Assembly: GCA_963578825.1 (NCBI GenBank)
Contig: CAUZDW010000015.1
Location: forward strand, 6,703-70,702
Direction: 5' to 3'
From: Vicinamibacteria bacterium
GTDB taxonomy: Bacteria > Acidobacteriota > Vicinamibacteria > Fen-336
DNA: 64,000 nt
Below the pieces are notes generated by a model, which saw only the letters and a program-made list of their open reading frames with translations, made no database searches and was not told the origin of the DNA. Below, in pieces: positions 40,036 through 49,317 of the stretch. A program made the translations under genes and the position numbers. Position 1 is the stretch's first letter, and each line of letters begins with the position of its first letter.

Positions 40036-40881
40036 GGCAACGTGGCGACCGTCGTACTCGCCTTCACGGTGCCGGATCACGTCGAGCGGGGCCACGAGCC
40101 GCGGCAGCTCTCCCGGCTCGAGGAGGTAGTCCGGGTTCGACGGCGACCCATGCTGCGCCTGCTCCTTCGTGAACGTCTCGTAGATCAAGACGCCCCCGGG
40201 GCGCAACGCCCGGACGAGCGCGGGGAAAAGTGGCCGGTGCAGATAGCGGAAGACGATCACGAGCCCCCACTCCCCGTCGCCCAGGTCGACGTCACCGTTC
40301 TCGAGATCGACGACCGCGGCGTCCAGCGGCAGACGAAGCCGGCGGGCGAGGGCATCCAGCTTCTCCATGCGGCCGGCGTCGCGATCGATCGCGTGCACCA
40401 AGAAGCCCGCGTCGGCGAGCAGCAGGGCGTGACGGCCACGCCCGCAGGCCACGTCCAGGGTTCGTGCGCCGGCAGGAACGAGTGACGTGTGCGCCATGAG
40501 CCACGACGCCGGGCCCGCGATGGGCGCGGGGCCTGTCTCGACCGTTCCCTTCCAAGCCTTCAGTCCTTCCGTCATGTTGAAGACGTTGGAGACACCCGCG
40601 TCGCCGAGACGGCGGGCCGCGCGATACGAGCGCACGCCGTCGGCACAGTAAACCAAGACCGGCCGGCCATCGTCGGGGAGAACCGCCGGAGCCGAGGCCA
40701 CCATCGCCAGCGGCAGGAGAAGCGAGCCCGGAACGTGGCCGTCCTCCTCGTGCTCTCCGGCCGTGCGCACGTCGAGTGCCACGGCGCCCTCGGCGAGCAT
40801 CTTCTCCGCCTCGGCAGGCGAAACGTCCTGGAACGGCCGGGACGCGCGGTCTATAGTCTCCGGGGACACGGTGCCGCACAT
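40009..40881 (-). CDS. rhodanese domain fused to a TehB-like SAM-dependent methyltransferase
   Basis: The N-terminal half is a rhodanese with active-site loop VLVYCADGVRS. The C-terminal half shows SAM motif I LDVACGRGRHALLLADAGFLVHAIDRD, EWGLVIVFRYLHRP, PGGVLIYETFT and a TehB-type end GRHVASIAARK. Confidence 0.65.
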   Translation of the reverse strand: MCGTVSPETIDRASRPFQDVSPAEAEKMLAEGAVALDVRTAGEHEEDGHVPGSLLLPLAMVASAPAVLPDDGRPVLVYCADGVRSYRAARRLGDAGVSNVFNMTEGLKAWKGTVETGPAPIAGPASWLMAHTSLVPAGARTLDVACGRGRHALLLADAGFLVHAIDRDAGRMEKLDALARRLRLPLDAAVVDLENGDVDLGDGEWGLVIVFRYLHRPLFPALVRALRPGGVLIYETFTKEQAQHGSPSNPDYLLEPGELPRLVAPLDVIRHREGEYDGRHVASIAARKAP

Positions 40882-40939
40882 CTTATGGCTCGAGACAGGG
40901 AGATCGAGTGCGAAAAATCACGCCAAACAAGAGACGGTC

Positions 40940-41305
40940 GTGAACGCCCTGGATCCCCCTTCGTCGAGCCCGTCGCGCCGCCGGGGCCCCTGGCGATCCG
41001 TGTGGCTCTCGGGCCTCGTGTTCCCGGGCCTGGGCCAGCTCCTGTGTGGCCAGCCGCTGCGGGGGCTCGCCTTTGCCACCGGGAGCCTGGCCGTGGCCGT
41101 CGCCCTGGTGCTCCGGGTCGCGAAGGAGACGCTCGGGCGGCTGCCCACGGATCCCGCGGAGATCGATCCCCTGCTGCCGCTCCGACTGGCTCATGAGATC
41201 CAGCGGGACAACGCAAATTTTTTCTTCTGGATCACGCTGCTACTGGTCGCCCTCTGGGTTGGGTCGATCGCGGACGCCTGGTGGACGAGCCGATCGCAGC
41301 GGTAG
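40940..41305 (+). CDS. hypothetical small membrane protein
   Basis: GTG start. Two TM helices (VWLSGLVFPGLGQLLCG; NANFFFWITLLLVALWVGSIADAWW). No family recognised. Confidence 0.3.
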   Translation: MNALDPPSSSPSRRRGPWRSVWLSGLVFPGLGQLLCGQPLRGLAFATGSLAVAVALVLRVAKETLGRLPTDPAEIDPLLPLRLAHEIQRDNANFFFWITLLLVALWVGSIADAWWTSRSQR

Positions 41306-41377
41306 TCCCCAGGCAGAAAAGCCTGCGAAGCCCCACCCTGGCGGTTTCTCGGTGGCCACGAAAGAGGGAGAAAGCCA

Positions 41378-41878
41378 ATGCCGCTGAATTGGGACGGCGT
41401 TTTCGTCGCGGCGTTCATTCCTTTGATCGTTCGGCTCGTGTGGGACCACTCGGGACTCCTCGGCAAGACTTGGAGGGACGCCGCGGGCGTGAACCCGGAC
41501 GAGCCGGAATGGGCGAGGACCGCTGCGGTTGCAGGCTTGTCTCTGGTGTTCGGCTTCTTGATGGCTTCGATCGTAATGCCGCTGGTCATTCACCAGATCC
41601 ACGTGTTTTCCATCGTGCAGGGCGACCCCGCCTACGGGAAGGAAGACGCCAGGGTCACCCTGTGGCTCGAGGACTTCTTGAGGGAATACGGGGACAGCCA
41701 TCGCACCTTCAAACATGGTGCGGTGCATGGAGCCATCGCAGGCCTGTGCTTCGCGACACCGATGATCGCCATCAATGCGTTGTTCGAACGCAGGGGACTG
41801 AAGTACATCCTGATCACCAGTGGCTACTGGACCATCTGTCTCGCTTTGATGGGAGCCATCGTCTGCGGCTGGCGATAG
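41378..41878 (+). CDS. DUF1761-like membrane protein
   Basis: 166 aa with 4 TM segments. The FKHGAVHGAIAGLCFATPMIAINALFERRGLKYILI block resembles DUF1761. Weak call. Confidence 0.35.
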   Translation: MPLNWDGVFVAAFIPLIVRLVWDHSGLLGKTWRDAAGVNPDEPEWARTAAVAGLSLVFGFLMASIVMPLVIHQIHVFSIVQGDPAYGKEDARVTLWLEDFLREYGDSHRTFKHGAVHGAIAGLCFATPMIAINALFERRGLKYILITSGYWTICLALMGAIVCGWR

Positions 41879-41925
41879 GACCCGCCAACCCGGCCCGCCG
41901 TGACGTCACGGGGAGCTCCAGTCTG

Positions 41926-42274
41926 TCAGTCGCCGGCCGGGGCCTTCTCCGCGCGATAGAAGATCACGGTCGCCTTCTCGATGGTCACCAGCCCCTCCGA
42001 CCATGTCGTCGAGGACGGGCAGGAAGCCCTGGATCTTGTCCTCGGCGTCGACGATCTCGACGCGGATCGGCAGGTCTTCGGTGAGGCGGAGGATGCGGCT
42101 CGTGTGAATGCGGCTTTTCGCCCTGAAGCCCTCGAAGCCTCGGAACACGGTCGCCCCCGCAAGACCCAGACGATGGGCCTCCTTGACGATTGCCTCGAAC
42201 AAAGGGCGCCCCTTCCAGCGGTCGGACTCGCCCACGAAGATGCGAAGAAGCTGTCCCTCCCGCGGTATCTTCAT
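41926..42274 (-). pseudogene. DUF190 (CrcB-associated PII-like) protein with a 3'-proximal frameshift or indel
   Basis: The ATG overlaps the crcB stop (ATGA). MKIPREGQLLRIFVGESDRWKGRPLFEAIVKEAHRLGLAGATVFRGFEGF...VEIVDAEDKIQGFLPVLDDMV is DUF190. The family-like end EGLVTIEKATVIFYRAEKAP is in the +1 frame. One extra G at about 41990-42005 (gtcggagggg) separates them. Confidence 0.6.
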
Positions 42275-42657
42275 CCGATCCCCCGTGCGACGACGACGCC
42301 CGCCCAGACCGCGGCCAGGCCAAGGAGGACCTGGCCCACGGCGTTTGCGGCCGCGAGCGCGTGGCTTCCCTCGCGGGCGAGGCTCATGGTCTCGTACCCG
42401 AAGGTGGAGAACGTCGTGTACCCGCCCAGGACGCCGACCAGCCAGAACAGGCGCCCGGTGGGGCCGATCGGGCCGCGCTCCTCGGCAAGGATCGCCAGGA
42501 AGCCGATCACGAAGCAGCCGCTCACGTTGATCAGGAACGTCGCCCAGGGGAAGTCCGGCGGGACGAGGCGGTACACCAGCCCGCCCAGGATGTAGCGCAG
42601 CGACACGCCGACGAACCCTCCTGCGCCCACCACGAGCGTCCGAGCCCACTCCGACAT
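42271..42657 (-). CDS. crcB: fluoride ion channel CrcB/FluC
   Basis: 128 aa: GAGGFVGVSLRYILGG...FPWATFLINVSGCFVIGFL...GGYTTFSTFGYE is the CrcB signature. The start is the ATG at 42655-42657. Confidence 0.85.
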   Translation of the reverse strand: MSEWARTLVVGAGGFVGVSLRYILGGLVYRLVPPDFPWATFLINVSGCFVIGFLAILAEERGPIGPTGRLFWLVGVLGGYTTFSTFGYETMSLAREGSHALAAANAVGQVLLGLAAVWAGVVVARGIG

Positions 42658-42778
42658 CGCCCGAGTGTGGACCGCAAGACGGGCGCGATCAAGGGCTTGA
42701 CACGAGACCGCGCCGCACGGAGAGTTGGGGCGCTTTCCCAGTGAACGGCCCAATGGCATTGCCCCGCTGCTGCGCTCA

Positions 42779-44665
42779 ATGCGTCTCGCCGTCGGAGATC
42801 GGGAGAATCGCCTCTTGAACGAGCCCACGTTCCCCGACCTTCGCACCTTCATCGAGCAGCTGCGCAGCGACGGCCAGCTCGCCGTGGTCGATGCGGAGGT
42901 CGACGCGCGGCTCGAGGTGGCGGAGATCCATCGGCGGGTGATTGCTGCCGGTGGCCCGGCGCTCCTGTTCACCCGTGTTCGCGATGCAGAGATGCCTCTG
43001 GTCACCAACCTGTTCGGCACACCGCAACGAGCGGAGCGGGCCTTCGGGCGCCGACCCGGCCGCCTGATCCGCAGGCTCGTGGATGTGGCCGAAACGATGA
43101 TGCCGCCCACGCCCGGCAAGCTCTGGGGAGCCCGCGACCTGGCCCTCGAGGGGCTGCGGATCGGCCTCTCACGCCGGGGAAGCGGCCCGGTCACCGAGAT
43201 CGTCACGGACGACGTGCGCCTCGACCGCCTGCCCATCCTCACGTGCTGGCCCGAGGACGGAGGTCCGTTCCTGACCCTGCCACTCGTCTACACCGAGGAG
43301 CCCCAGCCCCTGGAGAGCGAAGCTGCAGGAGGGGGCAGCGCCCGGTCCCGGAGCAATCTCGGGATCTACCGCCTCCAGGTTCACGACTCGCGCACCACGG
43401 GGATGCACTGGCAGATCGGCAAGGGCGGCGGCTTCCACCATTCCGTGGCCGAGGGACGCGGGGAGGACCTCCCGGCAACCGTTTTCCTCGGCGGCCCGCC
43501 GGCGCTCATCCTTGCCGCGATCGCACCGCTTCCGGAGAACGTGCCCGAGGTCCTCCTGGCCTCTCTCATCGCCGGACGCCGCCTGGATCGGTGCCCCGGC
43601 CCGGGCCCCCATCCCCTCATCGCCAGCGCGGAAATGGCGCTGGTGGGCCACGTCCCCTCCGGGGTCCGGCAGCCCGAGGGGCCGTTCGGCGACCACTACG
43701 GCTACTACTCCCTTCGGCACGACTACCCCGTCTTCCGCATCGACCACCTGTGCCGGAGGCGGGACGCGATCTTTCCAGCCACGGTGGTGGGCAAGCCGCG
43801 ACAGGAGGACTTCTTCATCGGAGACCTGCTCCAGGAGCTTCTGTCGCCTCTGTTTCCCCTGGTGATGCCCGGGGTCGTCGACCTGTGGTCGTACGGCGAG
43901 ACCGGATATCACTCACTGGCGGCAGCGGTGGTCAAGGAGCGATACAAGCGCGAGGCCATGGTCTCGGCGTTCCGCATCCTCGGCGAGGGTCAGCTGTCGC
44001 TCACCAAGTTCCTGCTCGTGACGGATCGCCCGGTGGACCTCAAGGACTTCCGCGCGACCCTGGAGCACGTGCTCGCCCGCACGAGACCCGAGACCGATCT
44101 CTACGTCCTCTCCAACCTCTCGATGGACACCCTCGACTACACCGGACCGGTGGTGAACGAGGGGTCCAAGGGCGTGTGGCTCGGCCTCGGCGACCCGGTG
44201 CGAGAGCTGCCCAGGGAGTTTCACCCGCCGGTTGCACCGCCGGCCGAGGTGACCGATGTGCGTGTCTTCTGCGGTGGCTGCCTCGTGGTGGGCGGACCGT
44301 CGGCAGGCGAGGACCCGGGGGCGGCGGCGCGGCTCGCCCGGCATCCCGCCTTCGAAGGCTGGCTGTTGCTCGTTCTGACCGACGAGCCCAGGCGCGCAGC
44401 GGCCAGCCCGATGAGCTTCCTCTGGACGACCTTCACCCGCTTCGAGCCCGCGGCCGATCTGCACGCCGCCGCGACAAGCGTCGTGCGCCACCACATCGTC
44501 CATGAGCCTCCGGTCCTCATCGACGCCCGCCGTAAGCCGTCGTTCCCGAAGGAGGTGGCCTGCGATCCCCAAACGGCCGACCTCGTCACCCGTCGTTGGC
44601 GGGAGTACTTCCCGGACGGGGGTGTCGAGATGGGCGACTCGGAGGCGGCCCACGTGGGGCTCTAA
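42779..44665 (+). CDS. UbiD-family (prFMN-dependent) decarboxylase
   Basis: FPDLRTFIEQLRSDGQLAVVDAEVDARLEVAEIHRRV, then a conserved UbiD core (GIYRLQVHDSRTTGMHWQIGKGGGFH; E...GPFGDHYGYY). About 628 aa. Confidence 0.85.
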   Translation: MRLAVGDRENRLLNEPTFPDLRTFIEQLRSDGQLAVVDAEVDARLEVAEIHRRVIAAGGPALLFTRVRDAEMPLVTNLFGTPQRAERAFGRRPGRLIRRLVDVAETMMPPTPGKLWGARDLALEGLRIGLSRRGSGPVTEIVTDDVRLDRLPILTCWPEDGGPFLTLPLVYTEEPQPLESEAAGGGSARSRSNLGIYRLQVHDSRTTGMHWQIGKGGGFHHSVAEGRGEDLPATVFLGGPPALILAAIAPLPENVPEVLLASLIAGRRLDRCPGPGPHPLIASAEMALVGHVPSGVRQPEGPFGDHYGYYSLRHDYPVFRIDHLCRRRDAIFPATVVGKPRQEDFFIGDLLQELLSPLFPLVMPGVVDLWSYGETGYHSLAAAVVKERYKREAMVSAFRILGEGQLSLTKFLLVTDRPVDLKDFRATLEHVLARTRPETDLYVLSNLSMDTLDYTGPVVNEGSKGVWLGLGDPVRELPREFHPPVAPPAEVTDVRVFCGGCLVVGGPSAGEDPGAAARLARHPAFEGWLLLVLTDEPRRAAASPMSFLWTTFTRFEPAADLHAAATSVVRHHIVHEPPVLIDARRKPSFPKEVACDPQTADLVTRRWREYFPDGGVEMGDSEAAHVGL

Positions 44666-44738
44666 AGACGCTCGACCACTTCCTCTCCGGGAAGTCCGAG
44701 CACGACATCCAGGTGACGGCGGGCCTGTTGGTCGCTTT

Positions 44739-46442
44739 CTAGCGCCGCAGGGACTGGAGGCCGTCGGGCGGGCGAAAGGCGTCGAGGTAGTCGCGGACCT
44801 GGGTCGAATCGATCTCGGACTTTCGAACACGCCAGAAGGCAGCTTTGGGTCGGGGGCGGTGGCCAATTCGACCCAGCTCCTCGAGCTCCAGCTGGAAGAG
44901 CGCTTCGACGGACGGAAGCAGACCATCCGCAACGAGCGCCCGAGCGTGGGAGAGCAAAGCCTCCTCGAGTCGCTGGATCCCTCGCGAAGCGGCGCTGCAG
45001 AGCTGCTCCCTGGCCCGAAGCGTCTGCTCGGCCTGCCATGCGATCGGCCGCAGGAGCCGAGCTCGCACCGAAAAAGGCTGGGAGGCAGAGCCACCGTCGG
45101 AGGAGCTGGCCGGAGCACGCAGCAGCGGAATGTCGTCGAGGCAGGCCCTCCCCTCGGCTCGCCAGCGGGCAGTCACCTCGGGGAGCACCCCGGCCCGGCG
45201 GAGGAGTGCAAGGGGACCGCACAGCGCAGCCGTCAGTGAGAGCGTCTCCGTAGCAAGGGTTCGGTAGAGCCAGGCCAGCTCCTCCGCCACGGCGACGAGC
45301 CCGCTCGGCGTTGCGGCCGTGCGCTCCAGAATCCGCTGCTCGGCCTGACCGGCGGACCGTGTGGAGCGCAGCTGGGCACGACCGAGCCTCATCAGAAGCA
45401 GCGGATGAAGCAGGAGACGCCTGGGCTGCGTGGCGAAATCACGGCCGACGGTGCCCCCGATCGAGTCGGTCACCAGACAAGAGGGCAGGCCCCACCGCCT
45501 CGTCATCTCGGTGAGCAGCGACAGGTTCAGAAAGGGCCGACCCAGGAAGACCTGGACGAGAGGACGGCCGGCAGGAAGCCCGGGATCGAAGCGACGGAGG
45601 AGCTCGAGCAGCCCCGGCTCACACGCAGTGATGAGGCTCGTCATCAGGCGGGAGGGCGGGTCGAGGGCCAGCTCGCGATGGGTCGTTGCGGTGAACACAT
45701 CGTCTCGGCGCAGGGGCTGGATCAGAGGACGGATCTGAATGATCCAGGTCCGCTCGCCGTCGTCGGCCCACTCGACCTCCCAGTCACTCTCGCCGAACGC
45801 GCGCCGCAGGTCGCGCAGCAGCACCTGGAGACGCGCCCGGACCGGCTCGCGTTCGGTGGATCGCTCCCGACCCCGCCGCTTGGGCAGAGGCAATCGCTCA
45901 CCCCGGGTCATGCCGCCGACCAGGATCTCGGCCGGCCCGTTGGTCGCGTTGACTTCGACCAAGTCGTCTTCGTAGTCCCGCTCGGTGAGCGCCACGCCGG
46001 CACTGCGAGCTCGGACCATCTCCTGGAGGATCAGATCGCGCCGAAAGCCCCTCGGGCGGCCGATCGCCGACGCCCAGACGCCGGCGAGTCCCGCGGCCAC
46101 CGCGGCGGGCCGCCGGCTGTCGACGAAAAGACCCGAGACATGGCCCCCGGCCGGGCCATCGGAGTCGTCCTCGCCTGAGAAGGCCGCCCGGACGGCGAGC
46201 GCCCCTCGGAACTCCGGGAATCGGAGGAGGTGCACCAGGAGCGATGGGTCAGGGACGGAGACGGGTCGCCGGTCGGTTGGCGCCTCTACACGGACGAGGC
46301 CCCGCTCGACCGCCCAACGCCATGCGTCGTCGTGAACCACGACTCCCGGCGGCACCGGCAGTCCGGCTCGCGCCGCCTGGTCGAGCAACGCGGCCTTCGA
46401 GCCGCATCCCTTCCGGGCCACCTCCCCGGAGCCGAGGCGCAA
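44739..46442 (-). CDS. PEP-utilising enzyme family protein (pyruvate phosphate dikinase N-terminal ATP-grasp-like domain)
   Basis: N-terminus MRLGSGEVARKGCGSKAALLDQAARAGLPVPPGVVV is a PPDK_N glycine-rich nucleotide-binding start. The rest is protein-like but unassigned. Confidence 0.5.
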   Translation of the reverse strand: MRLGSGEVARKGCGSKAALLDQAARAGLPVPPGVVVHDDAWRWAVERGLVRVEAPTDRRPVSVPDPSLLVHLLRFPEFRGALAVRAAFSGEDDSDGPAGGHVSGLFVDSRRPAAVAAGLAGVWASAIGRPRGFRRDLILQEMVRARSAGVALTERDYEDDLVEVNATNGPAEILVGGMTRGERLPLPKRRGRERSTEREPVRARLQVLLRDLRRAFGESDWEVEWADDGERTWIIQIRPLIQPLRRDDVFTATTHRELALDPPSRLMTSLITACEPGLLELLRRFDPGLPAGRPLVQVFLGRPFLNLSLLTEMTRRWGLPSCLVTDSIGGTVGRDFATQPRRLLLHPLLLMRLGRAQLRSTRSAGQAEQRILERTAATPSGLVAVAEELAWLYRTLATETLSLTAALCGPLALLRRAGVLPEVTARWRAEGRACLDDIPLLRAPASSSDGGSASQPFSVRARLLRPIAWQAEQTLRAREQLCSAASRGIQRLEEALLSHARALVADGLLPSVEALFQLELEELGRIGHRPRPKAAFWRVRKSEIDSTQVRDYLDAFRPPDGLQSLRR

Positions 46443-46642
46443 GAGGACAGTGTGACCTGATGCTCCCCGCAGGAAACTGCGGCAGGAACCCCCCGTGTCG
46501 GACAGGCGACTCCGGCCGGCCGCGACAGCCTATCACCTATCACCGCAGAGGCCTGGCGCGGCATGACAATTTTCGGGCTCGCCAGAAATCCGACGGGGTG
46601 GAGCCGGGTTGCCCGCGTCCGAAGCCTCGGCTACATTCGCTC

Positions 46643-46651
46643 AGGAGGAGG
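46643..46651 (+). promoter_or_regulatory. Shine-Dalgarno AGGAGGAGG 7 nt upstream of the VKOR–DsbA TTG start
   Basis: tcAGGAGGAGGtcgcttcTTG read directly at 46641-46661. Confidence 0.5.
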
Positions 46652-46658
46652 TCGCTTC

Positions 46659-48065
46659 TTGAAGACGCCCCATTTCACCCGCCTCGCGGCTGCGCTGGGT
46701 CTATGCCTGGCGGGCGCGGCGATCTCCGGCCTGCTCCTATTGCAGCACCACGGCGAAGGCCGGGCGGTGGCCGCGGTCGACCAGGTCTGCGGCGACAGCG
46801 CGGACGGACCCAGCGGCTGTGAGACGGTTGCCCAGAGCTCCTGGTCGTCGATCGCAGGCTTTCCCCTTGCGGGCCTCGGCCTGATCTTCTATCTGGCGCT
46901 GGCTCTCCTTCTCGCGCCGACTCTCCTGGTCTCGGGTGACCAACGGACAACGCTGTCGGGCTTCGTTGTGCTGGCCCTGGCCCTGGGTCTTCTCGTCGAC
47001 CTGCTGCTCCTGGGCGTCCAGGTTTTCGCCCTCGGAAGCTTCTGCATTCTGTGCGTCATCACATACGCCCTCAGCGCGGGCGCCCTCTTCGCGCTGCTGC
47101 CGGCCTGGCGCGGCGCTCTCGCCCCGGCGGCCGCGCTCGGGCACCGGGAGGGACGGCTGGCCCTGGCGGGCTGGGCGCTCGGTGCGGTGGCCGTCGGCGC
47201 GGCCGTCCTCGGGCTGGAAGCAACTCTCGACCACCGCGAAGCCGGGCGGCAGATGGCGCTCCTCGGGTCACCGGCGCCCGCTTCCAGGCCGGAGACCGAG
47301 TCCGAGGTGACGGCGTCTTCGAGCCAGGCTCTCACCCCGGCCCCGCCGTCACCAACCACCACCACCGCCCAGGCGGAGACAAGCGATTCGGAGCACTGGA
47401 AGCAGCGGGCCCAGGAGCTCCAGCAGACCCTCGACGATCCCCAGAAGCTGGAGCAGTACTTCTCGAAGAAGGCCCAGCGAGAGTACGACTCGGCCGCGGC
47501 GGAACCGATCGACCTGGAGAACGTGCCGGTGAAGGGCCCGCCGGAGGCGCCGGTGAAGATCGTCGAGTACTCCGACTTTCTGTGCCCCTTCTGCCGCAAC
47601 CTGGCCGCGGGGCTCTCGCAGTTCGTGCCCCAGGCGGGGGGGCGGGTGGCCGTCTATTTCAAGAACTATCCCCTCGACCAGGATTGCAACGAGAGCCTGC
47701 CCCGTTCGACCCATCCCGGCGCCTGCGACCTCGCCAGGGGCGCGATCTGCGCCCACAACCAGGGGAAGTTCGAGGCGTACCACGACCGCGTGTTCTCCGC
47801 AGAGGGCCTCCACGATCCCGGAGTCGCCGAGGTTGTCCGCCTGGCCGAAGAGGCAGGCCTCAACCCGGCGGCCATGCAGGGCTGCCTCGAGGACCCGGCG
47901 ACCGAGGACACCCTTGCCGCCCAGATCGCCGAGGCGCGTCGCCTGGACGTTCGGGCCACACCCACCCTCTACGTCAACGGGAAGAAGTTGCCGCGCATCA
48001 AGGACCTGATGCCCGTGGTGGACAGCGAAGCCCGGAAGAAGGGCTTCCCCCCGCTCAAACCCTAG
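46659..48065 (+). CDS. vitamin K epoxide reductase (VKOR) domain fused to a periplasmic DsbA-like thioredoxin domain
   Basis: VKOR half: loop cysteines CGDSADGPSGCE and active-site FCILCVITYA in a 4-5 TM core. C-terminal half: KIVEYSDFLCPFC plus TPTLYVNGK. A TTG start has a strong SD. Confidence 0.8.
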   Translation: MKTPHFTRLAAALGLCLAGAAISGLLLLQHHGEGRAVAAVDQVCGDSADGPSGCETVAQSSWSSIAGFPLAGLGLIFYLALALLLAPTLLVSGDQRTTLSGFVVLALALGLLVDLLLLGVQVFALGSFCILCVITYALSAGALFALLPAWRGALAPAAALGHREGRLALAGWALGAVAVGAAVLGLEATLDHREAGRQMALLGSPAPASRPETESEVTASSSQALTPAPPSPTTTTAQAETSDSEHWKQRAQELQQTLDDPQKLEQYFSKKAQREYDSAAAEPIDLENVPVKGPPEAPVKIVEYSDFLCPFCRNLAAGLSQFVPQAGGRVAVYFKNYPLDQDCNESLPRSTHPGACDLARGAICAHNQGKFEAYHDRVFSAEGLHDPGVAEVVRLAEEAGLNPAAMQGCLEDPATEDTLAAQIAEARRLDVRATPTLYVNGKKLPRIKDLMPVVDSEARKKGFPPLKP

Positions 48066-48248
48066 GAGCCGCCTTGCCGGCGCGCCGCTTGCGTCGGGCC
48101 CGCCCTTTGGGCATTCTTATGGCTTGGTGGAGCACTCTCGCGGCGGTTTCTCCCTTGGGCACGGCAGCATCGCGCGGTCTGATTTGCGAGAGGGCGCCGG
48201 GCGATCTCGTCATGGGTGGGGTTTCGCCTTGCCCTCCCGGGAGCAGAT

Positions 48249-49275
48249 ATGAGGCTCGACGCCTGGATGCGCCAGGACCACTCGCTCGACGAGCGGCTGG
48301 ACGTCGTCGGGCGACTCTGCCAGGCGGTGAACGCCTTTCACAGCCGAGGCGAGGCGCTGTCGGCGCTGGATCCCACCCGCATCGAGCTGACTGCCGAGGG
48401 CGAATGCGACCTCTCGGCGGCCCGTCAGGGATCGCCGGCGGCCGGCTACGCCGCGCCCGACGCCGGGGGGGACGCTTCGCCCGAGCTGGCCGATGTCTAC
48501 TCGGTGGGGGCGATCACCTGGGAGGTGTTGGCGGGTCGGCCGGCGGGAGACAACCCCGCCCACCTGCTTCAAGGTGAAGTCCGATCTTCCGCGAGAGCTG
48601 GCCGACGCGGTGATGGCCTGCCTCGAGGGATCGGCCGACTGGCGGCCCAAGGATCTGACGTGCCTCGCACAGATGACGGCAGCGAGGCAGCAGAGCGAAC
48701 CTCGCCCGAAGATCTCACCTCGGATGCAGCGCCCGACCAGGACGGCGGCGCCGGCACGAACGAGTGTTCGCCGCGGCCCGTCTCGCACCTGGCCGCTCCT
48801 GGCGGCTCTGTTCGTCGTGATCGGTCTGGGCGGAGTCGCGGCCTGGCGATACCTCGGGCCAGGGGGGTCCGCCTCTTCCGAGTCCGCGGGGGCGCCGCCG
48901 CCGACACAGGCTCCCCCCACGACCGTGGCGTCGGCCATCGACCCGCCGCCCGACCCGGAGCCCCAGGTGGAGCCGCCGCCGGCCGCCGTCCCGGCGGTCC
49001 TCAACACGGTGTCCCCGCTGGAGGTGAAGCGCCCTGGCAAGGTGATGCTCGACCTGAGAGGGTCGGGTTTCCGATCGGAACACCGGGCCCGGGTTCTGTC
49101 CTTGAAGAAGGCTCCTCGTGGCATCACGGTGATCGGACAGAAGTTCGTGAACGAGAGCCTGCTCACGGTGCTCATCGAGCTCGATCCGAAGGCCGAGACC
49201 GGCGAGTTCGCCATCGCTGTGGAAGACAGCGACGGAACGCAGAGCGCGCCCGTAGTCTTCAAGGTCAACAAGTAG
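48249..49275 (+). pseudogene. Ser/Thr-kinase-like protein lacking the N-lobe and the catalytic HRD (pseudokinase), with TM, Pro-rich linker and C-terminal beta domain; internal frameshift
   Basis: 48249-48570 reads HSRGEALSALDPTRIEL where HRDLKPxN is expected, then SPELADVYSVGAITWEVLAGRP (subdomains VIII-IX). The kinase continues in another frame as FKVKSDLPRELADAVMACLEGSADWRP, followed by a TM and a Pro-rich region. The shift is at about 48560-48580. Confidence 0.45.
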
Positions 49276-49317
49276 GGGCGTCGGGGACACCCTTGGCCCT
49301 CTCCCGGAAGTAGGGTC

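Noticed and set aside
42658-42760. Fluoride riboswitch upstream of crcB
   Set aside because: The conserved pseudoknot elements and the typical GGxGAUGG…CCGCC…UGAUGAUUCCU pattern were not recognisable by eye. This is left as a check rather than a feature.
44666-44738. Bidirectional terminator between the convergent UbiD and PEP-utilising genes
   Set aside because: Only a 6-bp stem (acttcc/ggaagt) without a U-tract, so too weak to call.
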